Shown piece after piece: positions 25,101-40,100 of a stretch of 64,000 nt of DNA. The notes under the pieces were generated by a model. That model was not told the origin of the DNA, made no database searches, and worked only from the letters and a program-made list of their open reading frames with translations. The stretch covers positions 16,306,001 to 16,370,000 of the forward strand of contig CM059446.1 of NCBI GenBank assembly GCA_030390025.1, read 5' to 3'. Origin of the DNA: Squalus acanthias (taxonomy: Eukaryota). The position numbers were made by a program, and so were the translations under genes. Position 1 is the first letter of the stretch. Each line of letters opens with the position of its first letter.

Positions 25101-28100
25101 ACGAGTACAGTAGATCTCAAATATCTAGCCAGAACCTATATATAAAAAAACAAAAATCTTAAGACACTTATTCAAGTTCCTCCTTTGATTACAACACATA
25201 CTTGAACAGATGATCATAGCTCAAGAAAGTTTTTTAAGCTTCAGAAAGCCCGCAAAAGGTGAGAAATTTGTAGGATAACAGTCAATTTGGAGTTTGGAAG
25301 TGTTTGGGGATGGAGGGAATAAAGTAACAGTTATTGCGACCAGTTGATTCAGTTACAGTGGCGAATCACAGAAACAGGTCATTCAACCCATTAAGTCTGT
25401 GCTGTTTTTATCCATGAGCCACCTAGGCTTATCCCTTCCTTCAGGATTCCATTTTTTTTCAAGCAACTATCCAAGTTTCTTAAAATAATTTATGGGCTCT
25501 GCTTCAGCAATGGTCTGTGGCAAATAATTCCACATTCTAATCAACCCCTGTCTAAGATTTTTTTCTAACCCTCCCCCCTTTAACTTTTTGCAATGGTCTT
25601 AAATGTATGCCCTCGTTATAATTTCTCCAACCTGTAGAAACAATCCATTACTATTTACCTCATCATAACCCTTCATAATTTCAAAAAACTCTATTAGGTC
25701 ACCCCTTAACCTTCTCAGGTCTGGTGGAAAAATACCCTAGCTTCTCAAGTTTCTCTTCAAAACTGTAACTCCTCATCCCTGGTAACCAATGTTCCCCCTA
25801 ATTTTTTTGAGGCTGCGCGGCCCCTTTAGCGGGCTGCGTGGCTCATTCTAACTTCGGCGCATGCGCGGTTTTTTGCAGTGGGAAGCCGACTCACTGGCTG
25901 TGCGGGACCTCGAGACAGCTATGCGGCCGCGCAGTTTAACGGGAACATTGCTGGTAACATCCTAATTTATGCTGCTCCTTCTCAATGTCCTGCCTACAAT
26001 GGGGTGCCAAAAATGTACACAACACTCCAACTGTGGCTTAATGTCTGGTACAAGATCAACATTATCTTCTTGCTTTTGCATTCTGTGCATCTAGATACAA
26101 AATCACGAATTCTATTTGCACTTTTGATGGCTTTATCTACTTGTGTTTCATCTTTAAAGGCCCGTGTGCCTGCACATTAAGGTCCTCTGCTCTTCTACTC
26201 CATTTAAGATCTTACTGTTTCAGGTGCATTTCCTTTCTCTGTTCTTACTTCTGAAATGTATTCCGTGGCATTTTTTTTTTACATTGAACTGCATCTGCCA
26301 CATATCTGCCCATCTTCTTAGACCATGTTCTCCTGCAGTTTTACACAATCATCATCACAATTTGCCATACCCCCTATTTGGTATCAGCAAATGTTAATAT
26401 TGTTCCCATGATTCCTAGGTCCAAATTGTTTACATAATAAATAAGTGGTCCCAATACCCCTGTGGAACATAGTTCCAGTCAGTCAGAAAAACTTCTTTTT
26501 ACCACAACCCTTTGCTTTCTGCCTTAAATATGGCAACTAATACTAAGCCCTATACAAAAGGTGAATTCCATGTATTCCTTACATTAATTGTGGGCACTGT
26601 ATCACCTGGTCTTCCCAGCCACTAATCCATAATCTCAATGTGTGTTTGGGTGCGGAATTTGAATTTCTAATCTTAACACAGGACTTGAGTCGGAGACATA
26701 GATTAACCAGTCTTACCATGACCTGCTCCAAGAGTGACAGGATAACCTCCAGTCTGAATTTCTTGTTGGGGGCTGACAAAGCCAAGATTAAGGAGTGGAG
26801 CAAAGCCTATAGATTTCAAAGAGCAATATAGCGGAGCCTGGTCTGTGATTGGGAAAGCAAGAAGGGCAAACAATCATGCACTATTGCCTGGATGAGAGGA
26901 TGGACAGCTCACAAATCTCAGTCAATACCACTAGAAAACAGATGCGAGAGTTCCATCACTTTGATTTTTCTCTGAGTCTCAGGAGGGTTAACTGGGTTAA
27001 TTACTGGGGTTTGGTATAGATCGCTCGCTAACACTGAATTTTTAATTCTGGTATATGGGCCTTTGAGCTGTTAAAGCAGTCGAGCCTACTATCCCCTATT
27101 CCAATATAGAACTTACCCAGTTACACACAATAGTCTCGATATTACCTGAATGTGTGTCCACTGAATAATACCAATAGTTTGTTCTTGGTACTGAAATTAC
27201 GCTGCACTGTTCACAATTGTTATTAAGATTCTCCTTATACTTCTGCCTACCACACATTTCAGGCACATTATTAATGCAGCTTTATTCAGAACTCATCACA
27301 GTTGAACTTTTTTCCATGACCATTACATTTACAGGAATTATTTTTAAGCCCAAGGTTCCATCAATTATGTTCCAACACACCTTCAAATCATCTTTAAATG
27401 GGTCAGTGTTGGCAGTGCTCATTCTCAGTGCTAGCTCCAACAGGGCTTCCAGTCTGGTGGCAATGATGTCATCCACTGACTTTTTCAGCTCCTCTTCTGT
27501 AAGGTCCATGAAGTGGACAAAGAAATCTCCTTGGTCCATCAGGAAGTAATGTTTTATTGACCTGGAGAAATAATAATCAACACAGCAAGCATTTTACTGA
27601 AGAACCATATTGATGAATGCATGCTGTTTTTATAACACAGTACAGCATAATGATAATTAACAAGCATAAAGCCTGACTAAGGACGACTTAAAATACATTT
27701 GGAAGCAATTTACCCAGTCTTATTATGTTTGCACAGAACACGTAATGAAATACAGCTTTTGACAATGTTCATTAGAATTAATTTGCATCAAAACTTCTTA
27801 AGTAATATCCCTCATCCCCTACCAGATAATAGGTCACAATCAAAAGGACTTCCAAACAGATTAGGCATTATTAGAACAGAGACAGAATGGGTAAGAACAT
27901 CAATCATCGCACTGCTAAATGCAGTTAACTAAGTGCCACATCAGAGTACCTGCCTCAGCAAATAAAGACACATCATCAATTTTCTTCTCTCAAATCCAGA
28001 CTAATACCACAGAAACAAGGTTATAACTCGTTGTGCTTTTAAATATTGCATTTTAATAGTATGTACCTATTAACTGACAGTAAACCAATCTTGCCTGAAC

Positions 28101-31100
28101 TCCCAAAGGTTTCCCTCTTTTAAAACACAAATCTTAATTGTATGTTGTGTATAGATAAGAGCGTAGTCTTCCCTTTGTGGGGCTTGAAGAAAATCCTACG
28201 ATAACCTGCTCTACTTATAGCAGTCTCGCTTAGTCTGGAAACTGGTTTCTTTTGGACAAGTTTAAAATTCTCAAACCACATTAATCTTTTTAGTGGGCGC
28301 TAATGTTGCTTTAATTGGATGGTTAGTACCTGCCAACATCATGCCTTTCATCAATCATGATATTTTGTTAAAGTAACAGGCTCATGAACAAACACCATCC
28401 ATTGAACGTTTAAACTGCTTTTGACAATGCGCCTACCCTGCCCATGGTACTCGGCAGAGTAGAAGGACGGGCTTTTTTCAGAAGGGAAGAAGCTTTCCAA
28501 TGTTAAAGCTTAAAGAACACACCAATGTTATTATTTATATTATATTTTAAAAAATCTAATACTTTAACTTGCATTTGGTATATGCAGTTAAGGATTGCTA
28601 TATTGGGGATGTCATCAAACAGACTGCCAGCTATAGTGGACAAAAGAATATTGCACCAATTCGTCAGCCATAAAGGGGTTCTACTAATATAGCTGACTTA
28701 CACCATAAACATATCAGAAATTTGGTGAAATTCTTACTGTACAAACTTCATATTCACAGTTAACGTTTCAAGGGAAATGTTTATTGGTATTTAATACATT
28801 TTTAACACAAATCCGTACAATGCTATTAAGAAGCCCAGACATATGGGTCATGCTACCAAGATCCATCACTGCATACTGGATACAAACCACAGGGATTTGG
28901 CAAATAGTTTTTCCACCTCCCTGACAAAGTCAGCTCATCAAATGAAGAATGACATTTACCAGGCTGTCTCGGACTAAAATAGAATGCATTCCAAAGTTAT
29001 ATTGTTTGGGCGGAGTGCCAATTGTAACTTTATTTAAAAACAAAAAACTGATTTTAAAAAGACTTTCCAAATTCGATTAACCATTATATGGAATAAACGA
29101 CGTGACAGTGAGTTTTAATTCTGTACAAAATATGGGTTCAACTGTTGCAAAGTTTTTTTTTGGCCTTACATATTAAACCACAGAGCAGAAACTTCAACCC
29201 TGCATCCTTGACTCTAATGATCACAACCGGTTTTGTGAAAAACTAGTTGAGTGAAATGTTTCTTTATCTCCCCCCCCCCCATTAAAGGTATTTTCAAGGC
29301 GGTGAGCACTCATTTCTGAATAAACATCCCATCTATATTCTTAATAGGTTACATGGATAGATACTAATGAAACAAGTAAATCCTCACCAGGGAACGATGA
29401 AATGCACAATTAATTCCCTTCGTGGGAATAACATAACACACTAAATGGCTTAGTATTTCAGAGCTCCCCATGTCATCATCTACTAGATTACACATACATA
29501 GTACAAAGTAGTGCTGTTAAACCAGTAGTGCTGGGATATTAAGAGCCATTTTATGACAACTCAAATACTGTAGGCAATAAACATAAGAAAACATTTCCTT
29601 TTTCAATAAACCATTTGAGGCCTTGTACCTGAGTCGTGCCAGGAGTTCTTTTTCCTTCATTAAGAAGTCTAATAGAACCTTGCTGGCATAGTTGTAAGAT
29701 TTTTCAATTTGTTCCACATATGCTCGTTCCTTCAGAGTATAGATCACTTCCTTGGCATCAGGACAGGTCACATCACGACCACATTCTCTAACAACATTCA
29801 GATATTTTCCTACAAAAAAAAAAGCAAAGTTCTTTACCTTCAGACTGACAGGCCAAAATAAGTCACTTTCACTTCTGTCTTATAGGCCAATGTTTTGTCC
29901 CCGGGCCATCCAGTCCAAGAGGGAGGAAGAAAGAATTAATTTTGGAGTGTGTTTGAGAGAAAATAATGGATTAAAATATGATCAGGTAAAATTAAAACAA
30001 AGGAGAGAAAAATTAATGGAGTTCTTGGTTTGTGCTTTCTTTAAAATGGGGAGGGGAGACAAACAGTAAGGGAGGTTTTCCACTTCAGAGCTCCTGCAGC
30101 ACATCAGGAAATTGCACACCCCTAGCCAGTGATTTTCTGTCTGCTCATTTTAATGACAGTTACAGGCTGGGGTGCGCCATCATGTATGTACTCCTGGTGT
30201 GAAACAGAGAATCCCTTACAGTGTGCCTTGGGGGAAAATACCTGAACTTCAGTAACTTTTGCTAGGGAAAGACTTTCTCTGCTCACTATTTATAACTGAA
30301 TTATAAACATGTTCTTTAATAGCGAACAGACAATTTTCTTGTCATATCTAACCTGAAACCCCACAACGATGGCAAGAGTAGTTTAAGGACACGTGCAATG
30401 TTTACCCTTGGCTATATTAGTACTTAAAAATGTCCTCAATTAACAGCATCTTTGGAACAAAAAATGTTTAAACAGAGTTTCCACTAAGGGCTAAAAGGAG
30501 CTATAAACAATGCAAGTTACATCAGTGGATCTTGTTGGGGCAAGGGAAGGAAGGGATTATTTTCCTAACTATAGTAGAAATTCATAAAGAGCATGTATTT
30601 ACATCCGAGACGGACATTCTAAAATTTCATTTCCTTGGAGATTCTATCAGCTTTCTGCAACACAAGGACATTAAGCAAGTCTTCCCTGTTTGTTTATTCA
30701 AAATTTATTAAGTGGAACTAAGCCCAAGGATAAAGTCTGTTCCTGAGGATTCTTTTTCAAAAAGGTTCATTTTCTCAGTCGCTGCAGTCAAAACATGCAA
30801 CTATTTAGTCTTCCTGGTCGTCATGCTGGTTTCTTTCCTGCTAAGAATTATGGACAAAAGCAGTAATAATGAGTAATACTAAACTTATTCTGTGCAAACC
30901 CCACCCAGGAAATCTTTCTCTGCAGCAAGATCTTTATACAGAAACCTGGAATTTTCAGTTCCCTATTACTACAGTACATTTACTTTTTCTCATTCCTTTC
31001 ATAAAATTCTCTCTCAATAGAACTCATCCATGTAGGCTGTGTAACGTATTGTGGTCATGCATAAAGGGTACTCAGATGATTGAAAGTACCCACAGATAAA

Positions 31101-34100
31101 CATAGCCTGACTGTGCAGCAATTTAACAAGACATTCGTGGAGCAAGCACAACAAACTTAGCTGATGACAGTTAAATGATTATAGCTATAGTGTATTTTTA
31201 GTACAGTGGTATTCCTTTAGAGAGATACTAAGAAAGCTGGTTTAATTTAATATTTTAATAAAAACAAATCAATTTACTTCAACATTAGAGAAAGATATAT
31301 ATTTAATTGCAATTTAAACAGATTATAGGGTGACCACATGATATGAAGGGACAAATAGATAATGGAAAGAGTCCACAAAGTATTGTATTACCTGTACTGA
31401 GTATCTTATCAGCCAGCTTCTGCAGAAACGAAGGGATTCTGTGCTGGATGATAGTGTACCTCTGATCCCAGTACTTGTCATTGTAATCCTCCTGAATTTT
31501 CTCCTTTTGAAGTTCATGTTCCTCCACCATGAACTCACTGTACAACACAAAGAAAGTTTATTTTTACAATAAAATTACCTTGTTAATCTTATGATGCAAA
31601 ATACTTCTCGTCAAAGTAATTAAAATATTCCAAGCAAAGCAGATGGATACATTTTCCGTAACACAGCATTATTTGCCCCTTTAATGACTGAGATCACCTG
31701 CAATATACAAACAGCATAACCTGTTACCTCTCTGAAAAAGAGTTAAGCTCAACACTTCCAGATCACAAGATCCAGAATTCCAGGTCACACCACGCAGCAA
31801 CATTTAGGCTGTGAATTTCCCAGCGGAGGCGGGATGGTGGCGCGAGAGCTGGTTTACGGGTCCCAGTCACGAACCCGGCTGCAGCCGCTCTGTAAACGGG
31901 ATTTTCCCTTGATTGGCCTCGTTAAGCCCAGGCTTCCCGGCCAATTAACAGGAAGCGGGTCTGATGACATCATTTGATGACACGTCATCAGCCGGTTTCC
32001 TTAAAGGGACTACGTCCAATGGAGTTTGACAGTTATTCTGTCAGTGTTTGACAGCACTGAGGTGCCGCAAACACTGATGAGCACTGCACAAAGGTGGACA
32101 CTTGCACCCAGACTCCAATTACTCCCGCCATATGCTTATGGAGGGAGTCACAGCACGCAGTGAGGTTCTCTTCCCTTCCAAGGGCGGAAGAGACCTCCCC
32201 AGGACACCAATGCAGCCTGGATGCACAATGCACAGGAAGGCACAAGCAGGGATGTCGTCAGGGGTCCCTGGCTGCAGTGGCGCCAACCTTTCAATTATCT
32301 CAGTGGATCACGAAACGTTACTGCAAAGCCACACTCAACTCACCCTGCTGTGCCACTCAACACATCTCCATCACTCTGCCTTCCAAACCCTTCTCCTGCA
32401 CATCCTTACTCACACCAACTTACCTTGCACCTCCACCCAACCCTCTCAATCTATTTTATCACTTCCCCATCTCACTAGCCACCCCTCACACCCACCCTCA
32501 TCCTACTTCAAGCATACCAACTAACAACACACAAAGGTAGGCATTGAGAGGTTTAGCCAATGTCCATGTGAAGTTTCTGGTAATGTGCTGTCATACAGTG
32601 AAATCTACTTTTCAAAACTGCCCCTTATTGGACAGATCTGAGCGCACCTTGAGAAGTGTCTTACTGATGAACGTGCATGGAATGGCTTGGACATTAAAGG
32701 GGTGCTTTATGGTGTTGGTGTGGGGTGGTGCCAACTTGGTGCATCATGTGACATTCAGGGTGTACAGCGTCAAGTGAAGTAAATCTGGCCATGTGAGGCC
32801 ATCCCTGGCGTCCCGGGCAGCACTGTTGTCGGGTGCTGATGCCCTGTGTCCTGTGCAGCATTAGTTGATTGCGGAGAAGACTGGTGTTGTTGTTGTTGGT
32901 GTGCCTGGTGATGCTGGTGTTGGGGCTGATCTTGGTGGGATTCTGAGGATCAAGGTCTGATTGTTTCATTGGCTCCGATGTTGCTGGAATAGATGGCAGC
33001 TGCAGGTGAGATGACAGAAGCGATCTGTCAATGGTGAGAGGTTCTCCCAACGAGGTGGCACTGGACACATACAGCTGGATCTAAAAACTTGTAAGCTAAA
33101 GAAATCTTTATATGTATTAAAAATGCAGTAACCAACATTTTCTGCGCTCTGAAACTCACCATCCGCAACATGGCATCCTTGACACCACTTCCGCAGCTAT
33201 CAGCTTATCAGAAACATCAAAGCACTCAAATCACACCAACTTGAGCTAGCGTGTTCCCCAAACAGCTGGTAGCCCATGGAGGAGAACATAAAATTGCAAG
33301 GAAGCCTCAAAATAGTATTAAATTGGCTCTTAACAAGCCATTTAACAAGCTCAATTGTAGCCCCCGCTGCTTGGTGTCGAGTCAGTTCTCCGCTGACAGA
33401 CCCAACACCTGGGAGACTCGCGTGGAGGCGGGTCGACAACAGGTTTCCTACCCGGTCAATCTTTGCTATTTTGACAGCAGACCCGACTCCAAGCCCGCCC
33501 TCTGAGCGCCGGCAAATTCGCGGCCTTAATCTCCTGGAGTAACAACAGCATCCAGCAGGAGTGACGAAGTTGGGGAAGAATGACTCCATGAACTGCAGAG
33601 CCCAGGAGGGGGCAAGGGGAGGAGAATGGTGCCAGTGGGGAAGGATAGGGAAGAAGAGTGAGAGTCTCAGTACTCAACAGATTAAATACTATGTTAAAAT
33701 AACCAGATGCTTTTCCAGTGGGTAACCTTATACCTGTAAGGATCTTGTATGATTCCCCTGTAGATCCACTTCTCTAAAATTTCAAAGTAAGGAACACTTG
33801 CTGCTTTAGTCAGGTAGAGACACAGCTCTTGTGCCTGACTGTCACCTGTGTAGTTAAAAGTCCGATCATGGAGCACACTTAGCGTCGATCCTCCCATGCA
33901 TTCTCCTTTCTCCACAGAAGTAGCTGATACAAAACACAGAAGAGGAATAATGTCCTGCTCAATCAGTTACTAATTGTATTTGTTTGGCTATCATTTCTTT
34001 TGCAAAAATTACTTATTGCAGTTGTTTGATGCCAGAAAATAAAAATCTTGTTGGCTATGTACAGTATATTGTAGTGATCAGCTATTAAAAGTTTCCATGC

Positions 34101-37100
34101 TTCAACCAAGGCTTGTTCACAGTAAACATTACTCAAAGATTCCTTCCAATTATAAATATTTTAGTGGGCACAAGTAATTTTCTATTTATAGTTGCTGCTT
34201 TGACAGTGATTTTTTTCCCCAAAAACAGGCCAATCTGCATGGGTGAACTTTGTCCTTATTTTTCTTCCAAGATTTTTGAACCTTATCTTTACATGGAAAT
34301 TACAATTAAGCCAGCTATTTAAAAAATACACAGACAGGTGCAACACAAAACAATACCTATTGAAGCCAAAATCTCCATTGTTCGAATGGTTGGTTGAACA
34401 TAAAACCAAAGTTTCTGCAATGAGAGCAGCCCTTGTCGCTGTAAGTGCTCCAGTTGTGTCACGAGGATCATGTACTCCTTCACGAGCGTCCGCATTGCTG
34501 CAGCCAAAGCATGGTTTACCTGACCATGCTCAAAGGAGGACTTATCTTCAATGAACCTGAGCAGACACACAAAGCAGAATTATTAAAGTTCGAAACAAAT
34601 ATTCACACACTTATTTCCACCACGGTCTAGCACGTCACAGTCCCTCAAGTCAGTCTAGAGGGCGTGACAGTCAGGAACATCCAGTAAAAACGCAAACATT
34701 ACTGGAGCAGAAAGAAGCCATGTTAATATTAGGTCTCAAACACCTTTGAGGTTGCCCACCTGGTGACAGAGGAGTAGCTTGCTGCTATTGGAAGGATCCT
34801 ATTTACAAGTTCTTTCACAGACATGTCCAATGTGGGGTCAACTGCAAAGGATCGACTCTGTCGTCCCATCAATGGTTGGGCTGTGATGTATTTCCCATCT
34901 ACTCCAATCAAAACGTACAGCAAGTCTTCAACTATCATTTGCTCTTGCGCGGCAAGTGCCACAGTTCCTAATGGAGAGGAGAGGTTTGATATTCTGTATC
35001 AATTTTCGACAAGTTGCATCTTAAAAACAGTTCATCTGCATGATTACACCTTAGCAAAACCATTCACAAAATATTTCAATCTGAAAAGCAAAAAACATTA
35101 AAAACATTTTGTATGAGCGGGGAATGGATTTCGAAACTAGCATGTATCAGTGAAATTTAGCAATTGATTTACCATATTTAGTCAGCAAGATATTACAAAA
35201 AGGCGATTTAGGAATATATGTCATGCTTAGTCAGAGATTTCAACTAGACAGAATAAATGTGAAATTTGTTCAGCATATTAGAGCTCTGCTTGGGTAGAGT
35301 ATGTTTTCATCTGGAGGAAATTGGGTAATGTTATATCAGGATATGAACAGAGCACATCTTTGCATTACCTACAATCCTTTTTTAATTTTAATAACAGAAC
35401 AAATAGTTTAACATCTCTATAAACAACATACTGAATAAAAAAAACTTTATATATAAAAATAAAATATGCCTACACCCTAAATCATGGATCGATAGGATTG
35501 ATTGCAAGGCAGTGCTTCAAGACTTTGGATGATATAAACCACAACACAATATACAGTGCCTCCTACCATAACCCTCCCAAGATGGCATTACTACCCTCAA
35601 AATCACCCCAGGCTGTGGCGACGCCCCATGGGGTATTCCCCCCCCCCCCCCCCCAGCAAATGTCATGGCAAATGCTGACACCCAAAGCACTGTGTGCAGT
35701 TAATGGACAATAACACCTAAACCAAAGGCTTGACAATTGCATCATTATTGTTGCGGGAAACAAATATACAAAGGGATGTTTTTTTTAATGTAAACCAGTA
35801 TTGTCACAGGGTTTCAGTGAAGCGCAATGGTGCAGGCGTGGAATTTTTGTATTATGCCTTCTTGAACAGTTAAAAAAAAAAACAACGGTACATGTCCTTC
35901 GAAATTTGAGTCATGTTTGAAGAGAGCGTTTAGAGCTTTATTACAGTAGGGTGAAGTATTGACGGTTGGTGGAATTTGAGGTGAGGAAGTCAGAATATGC
36001 ACCAAGTGTTGCAGTACAACATTACACAAGGGCAAGCATGATTTTTCCTATAGTGTGTTGATGGCAGTAAGTTAAATAAGCTTAGTAAAGAATAATCCAA
36101 GAATACAGACAATATCTGATAAAATAGCACTTCTCATTTCAAATACTCAATTCAGTGTTGAATGAGACTCATAATAATTAAAAAAAAAATCCAATGATGT
36201 ATACTCTACATACCGATAGATACTACAGTCTCAGTGATTGGACTGGAGCTGTTTATAAAGTCCCCCAGAAGAGCTGGCCTCTCATATACCCATGGTGGGA
36301 AATGTGGGATAATCAGCCCTGGATTTCTCTTGTTGTGCTTGTCACGAAGGAGCTTTCGGACTACTTCAAGTGGCTAGAAATTAAAATGTAAAAATATGAA
36401 AAATGACTCCATAGACCATAAGCACAACACTTTAACCAGATTAATTAAATGATTACAGATTAGCATAACTATGGAATGTCATAAATGAGACATCAAAACT
36501 CCTGAATGTACTACAAATGACTTCTTCATATTGTGTTAAGCAATATTTTAGTTACTATTCAATAAATGATTCTTCAGTTTTTAAAATCAGTTCTAAAATA
36601 TTTTGCGTTCAGTTTTTTTGGGGAGACTTCTGTAACAATGATGGGGATTTTTTACTTCCTTAGTCATGGGAAACAACTTTCATCTCGCTCCAAAATCCTC
36701 TAAAAAGCCTCGAATATTAACCAACGCTCCCACTCCTGTTCACAACGATCTCTGTTGGAAAGCACGTGTGGACGTTGGGGTGATGGCCGGATCAGAGGCT
36801 TAACTGTGATGCCACCCACAGTAAATAACCTGCCGACACATCATCCAGGCTCACCTGAGGTTCAGCTACTTGGACATTGCTGTTTGTGGGAGCTTGCTGT
36901 GCGCAAATTGGCTGCCACGTTTCCTACATTACAACAGTGACTACACTTCAAAAAGTACTTCACTGGCTGTAAAGCGCTTGAGGTGGTGAAAGGCGCTGTA
37001 TAAATGCAAGTCTTTCTTTTTCTTTCAAAATACCAGAGAGCCACTGGCCTCCATGGAACCACAGCAAGAGTCAACACCTATGGTAAAGGAGGGTGAAAAC

Positions 37101-40100
37101 CGAGGTGGGGGGGGGGCTGCGAGGTGGAGTGCAATTCAGTCAGTTTTTGCACTCGAAAATTTTTAATAATTTAACAATTTGAGTTAATCAATGTAAATAA
37201 TGCAGACTGGAAAATTAGTTCTTTAAAACAGTGAATTATCACAATTTGAATTAAGCGGAGTAGACTAGCGTTTGTTTACATATTTAGAGAAAAATATCTT
37301 GCATAAACCTCTGTTGTAAACCATTTTTAACAAATAGATGGGGCTTATAATTGGGGGAGGAGTACTGATCTGAAGTACCCACTATTGGCAGAACTCTCCA
37401 ATCCACAGTGGTGAAGGGAGATATTAACTAATATGCTTAAAAAAAATTATAAATAGTGAATTGAATAAATTTACAAGTGAACAAAACTAGTACAGACTCA
37501 TCACATCTCAATGCTCTAGTTGTTACTCATCTGTACCGGAGGTATGAAAGATCCTGTAAATAACATAGAATCATAGAAAGTTACAGCACGGAAGGAGGCC
37601 ATTTCGGCCCATCGTGTCCGCGCCGGCCAACAAAGAGCTCTCCAGCCTAATCCCACTTCCCAGCTCTTGGTCCGTAGCCCTGCAGGTTACAGCATCCCAA
37701 GTGCACATCCAATAGCAAGATAGATTAAAGAAAAGAACTGAAGTTCAGTCTCTGTACCTGTTGTGAACTTGAGCCGGTAGTGACACTACCGAGCTGTTTT
37801 CGCAGTTCTTCAAGTTCCTGTAGCGAGAGCTTGGCAGTAGTTGACGGGACGCTGAAAGTCGCGCTACTGCTAGCTAAGACATTGGCTGAATGTTCTGCTC
37901 TGTCCTTCGCATTCTGCTGCAAGTACTGTAGAGTCTGCAATAAAATGAAAGAAAAATCTGCTTTTATGCTTGCAGCATTTAAATATTTATTGAAAATGTT
38001 TACAACTCACAATTTCATGGCTATAATTGTTAATCAACAGGACATGCAAGACAACTTGCCCTTCAACATCTTTATGAAACTGAATTGCTGAAATTTCTAT
38101 CAATTTTGTTTTCACCAAAAGCCCGCACTCCTTTCCCTGCCTCTGCACTTGCTTAAAACCTGTTACGTCTCTAACCTTTTCCAGTTCTGACGAAAGGTCA
38201 TCGACCTGAAACGTTAACTCTGTTTCTCTCTCCACGGATGCTGCCTGACCCGCTGAGCGTTTCCAGCATTTGCTGTTTTTATTTCAGTTTTCTAGCATCC
38301 GCAATATCTTGCTTTTGTACGGGTAGTATCAGTGCTAAGACAGTGCCACAAATGCTACACAAGCACCATTTGTAAAACTGGGTGAGTCATAGGGAGCCAT
38401 ATGTCGATGCTACAAACCGCAAGAAGATAAATGCAAATTCCCATAGATTTTTGGCAAATCCACCTTTGATTAAATTAGTTCAAGAAGTACTGGATTTTCT
38501 CTGTTGGCTGTGTGACTGTGATCAGGCTGCTAGAACTTACAATGTCAAAAAAAAAGAGATTTGTTCCTAAGATTATGATTTTTCACCCAGATACAGCCTT
38601 CTGATCAGAAGTCTGATGAAAGAAAGAAAAAAATGTCAGAACACTTGTCACCACAGTTCACGGTGTCCCTGGCACTCAAACAGGTATGTGGACTAGCAGA
38701 CAGTGTTTAGTTAAACTAATATGAACATTGCTTGGCAAGGAGGGGGGAATCTTCTGGAGCACTTTGGTAATAACCAACAGATTGTGTGGAACTGAATAAG
38801 CCAGCATTTATAGGGAACGGTAGCATAGTGGTAATGTCACTGGGCTAGTAATCCAGAGGCCTAGACTAATGATCCACAGACGTTAGTTCAAATCCCACCA
38901 TGGCAGCTGGGGAATTTAAATTCAATTAATTAAATAAATCTGGAATAAAAAGCTAGTATCAGTAATGGTGACCATGAAACTATCAGATTGTCGTAAAAAC
39001 CCATCTGGTTCACTAATCTGCCGTCCTTACCTGGTCTGGCCTATATATGACTCCAGACCCACAGCAATGTGGTTGACTCTTAACTGCCCTCTGAAATGGC
39101 CTAGCAAGCCACTCAGTTGTACAAACCGCTACGAAACAAAATAATAAAAATGAAACCGAACGGACCACACGGCATCGACCTCGGCACCGGCTACAGCACA
39201 CCCAGCCCAGTCAACCCTGCAAAGTCCTCCTCACCAACATCTGGGGACTTGTGCCAAAATTGGGAGAGCTGTCCCACAGACTGTCAAGCAACAGCCTGAC
39301 ATAGTCATACTCACAGAATCATACCTTTCAGCCAGTGTCCCAAACTCCTCCATCACCATCCCTGGGTATGTCCTGTCCCACCGGCAGGACAGACCCACCA
39401 GGGGTGGCGGCACAGTGGTATACAGTCGGGAAGGAGTGGCCCTAGGAGTCCTCAACATTGACTCCAGACCCCATGAAGTCTCATGGCTTCAGGTCAAGCA
39501 TGGGCAAGGAAACCTCCTGCTGATTCCCACCTACTGCCTTCCCTCAGCTGATGAATCAGTACTCTGCCATGTTGAACACCACTTGGAAGAAGTAGCAAGG
39601 GCACAGAATGTACTCTGGGTGGGGGACTTCAATGTCCATCACCAAGAGTGGCTCGGTAGCACCACTACTGACCGAGCTGGCCAAGTCCTGCCAGTCTGGG
39701 CCTGTGACAGGTGGCGAGAGAACCAACACGAGGGAAAAACCTACTTGACCTCGTCCTCACCAATCCACCTGTCGCAGATGCATCTGTCCATGACAGTATT
39801 GGTAACAGTGGCCACCGCACAATCATTGTGGAGACGAAGTCACTGAGGACACCCTCCATCGTGTTGTGTGGCACTACCACCGTGCTAAATGGGATAGATT
39901 CAGAACAGATCTAACAGCTCATACTGGGCATCCATGAGGCGCTGTGGGGCAGCAGCAGAATTGTATTCCACCACAATCTGTAACCTCATGGCCCGGCATA
40001 TCCCTCACTCTACCATTACCATCAAGCCAGGGGACCAACCCTGGTTCAATAAGGAGTGTAGAAGAGCATGCCAGGAGCAGCACCAGGATTACCTAAAAAT

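Noticed and set aside
32094-33068. Several 120-150 aa ORFs
   Set aside because: Inside the decayed Harbinger; low complexity, no splice or codon support.
38600-38630. Second hammerhead (CTGATGA...GAAA)
   Set aside because: No stem II or stem I pairing.
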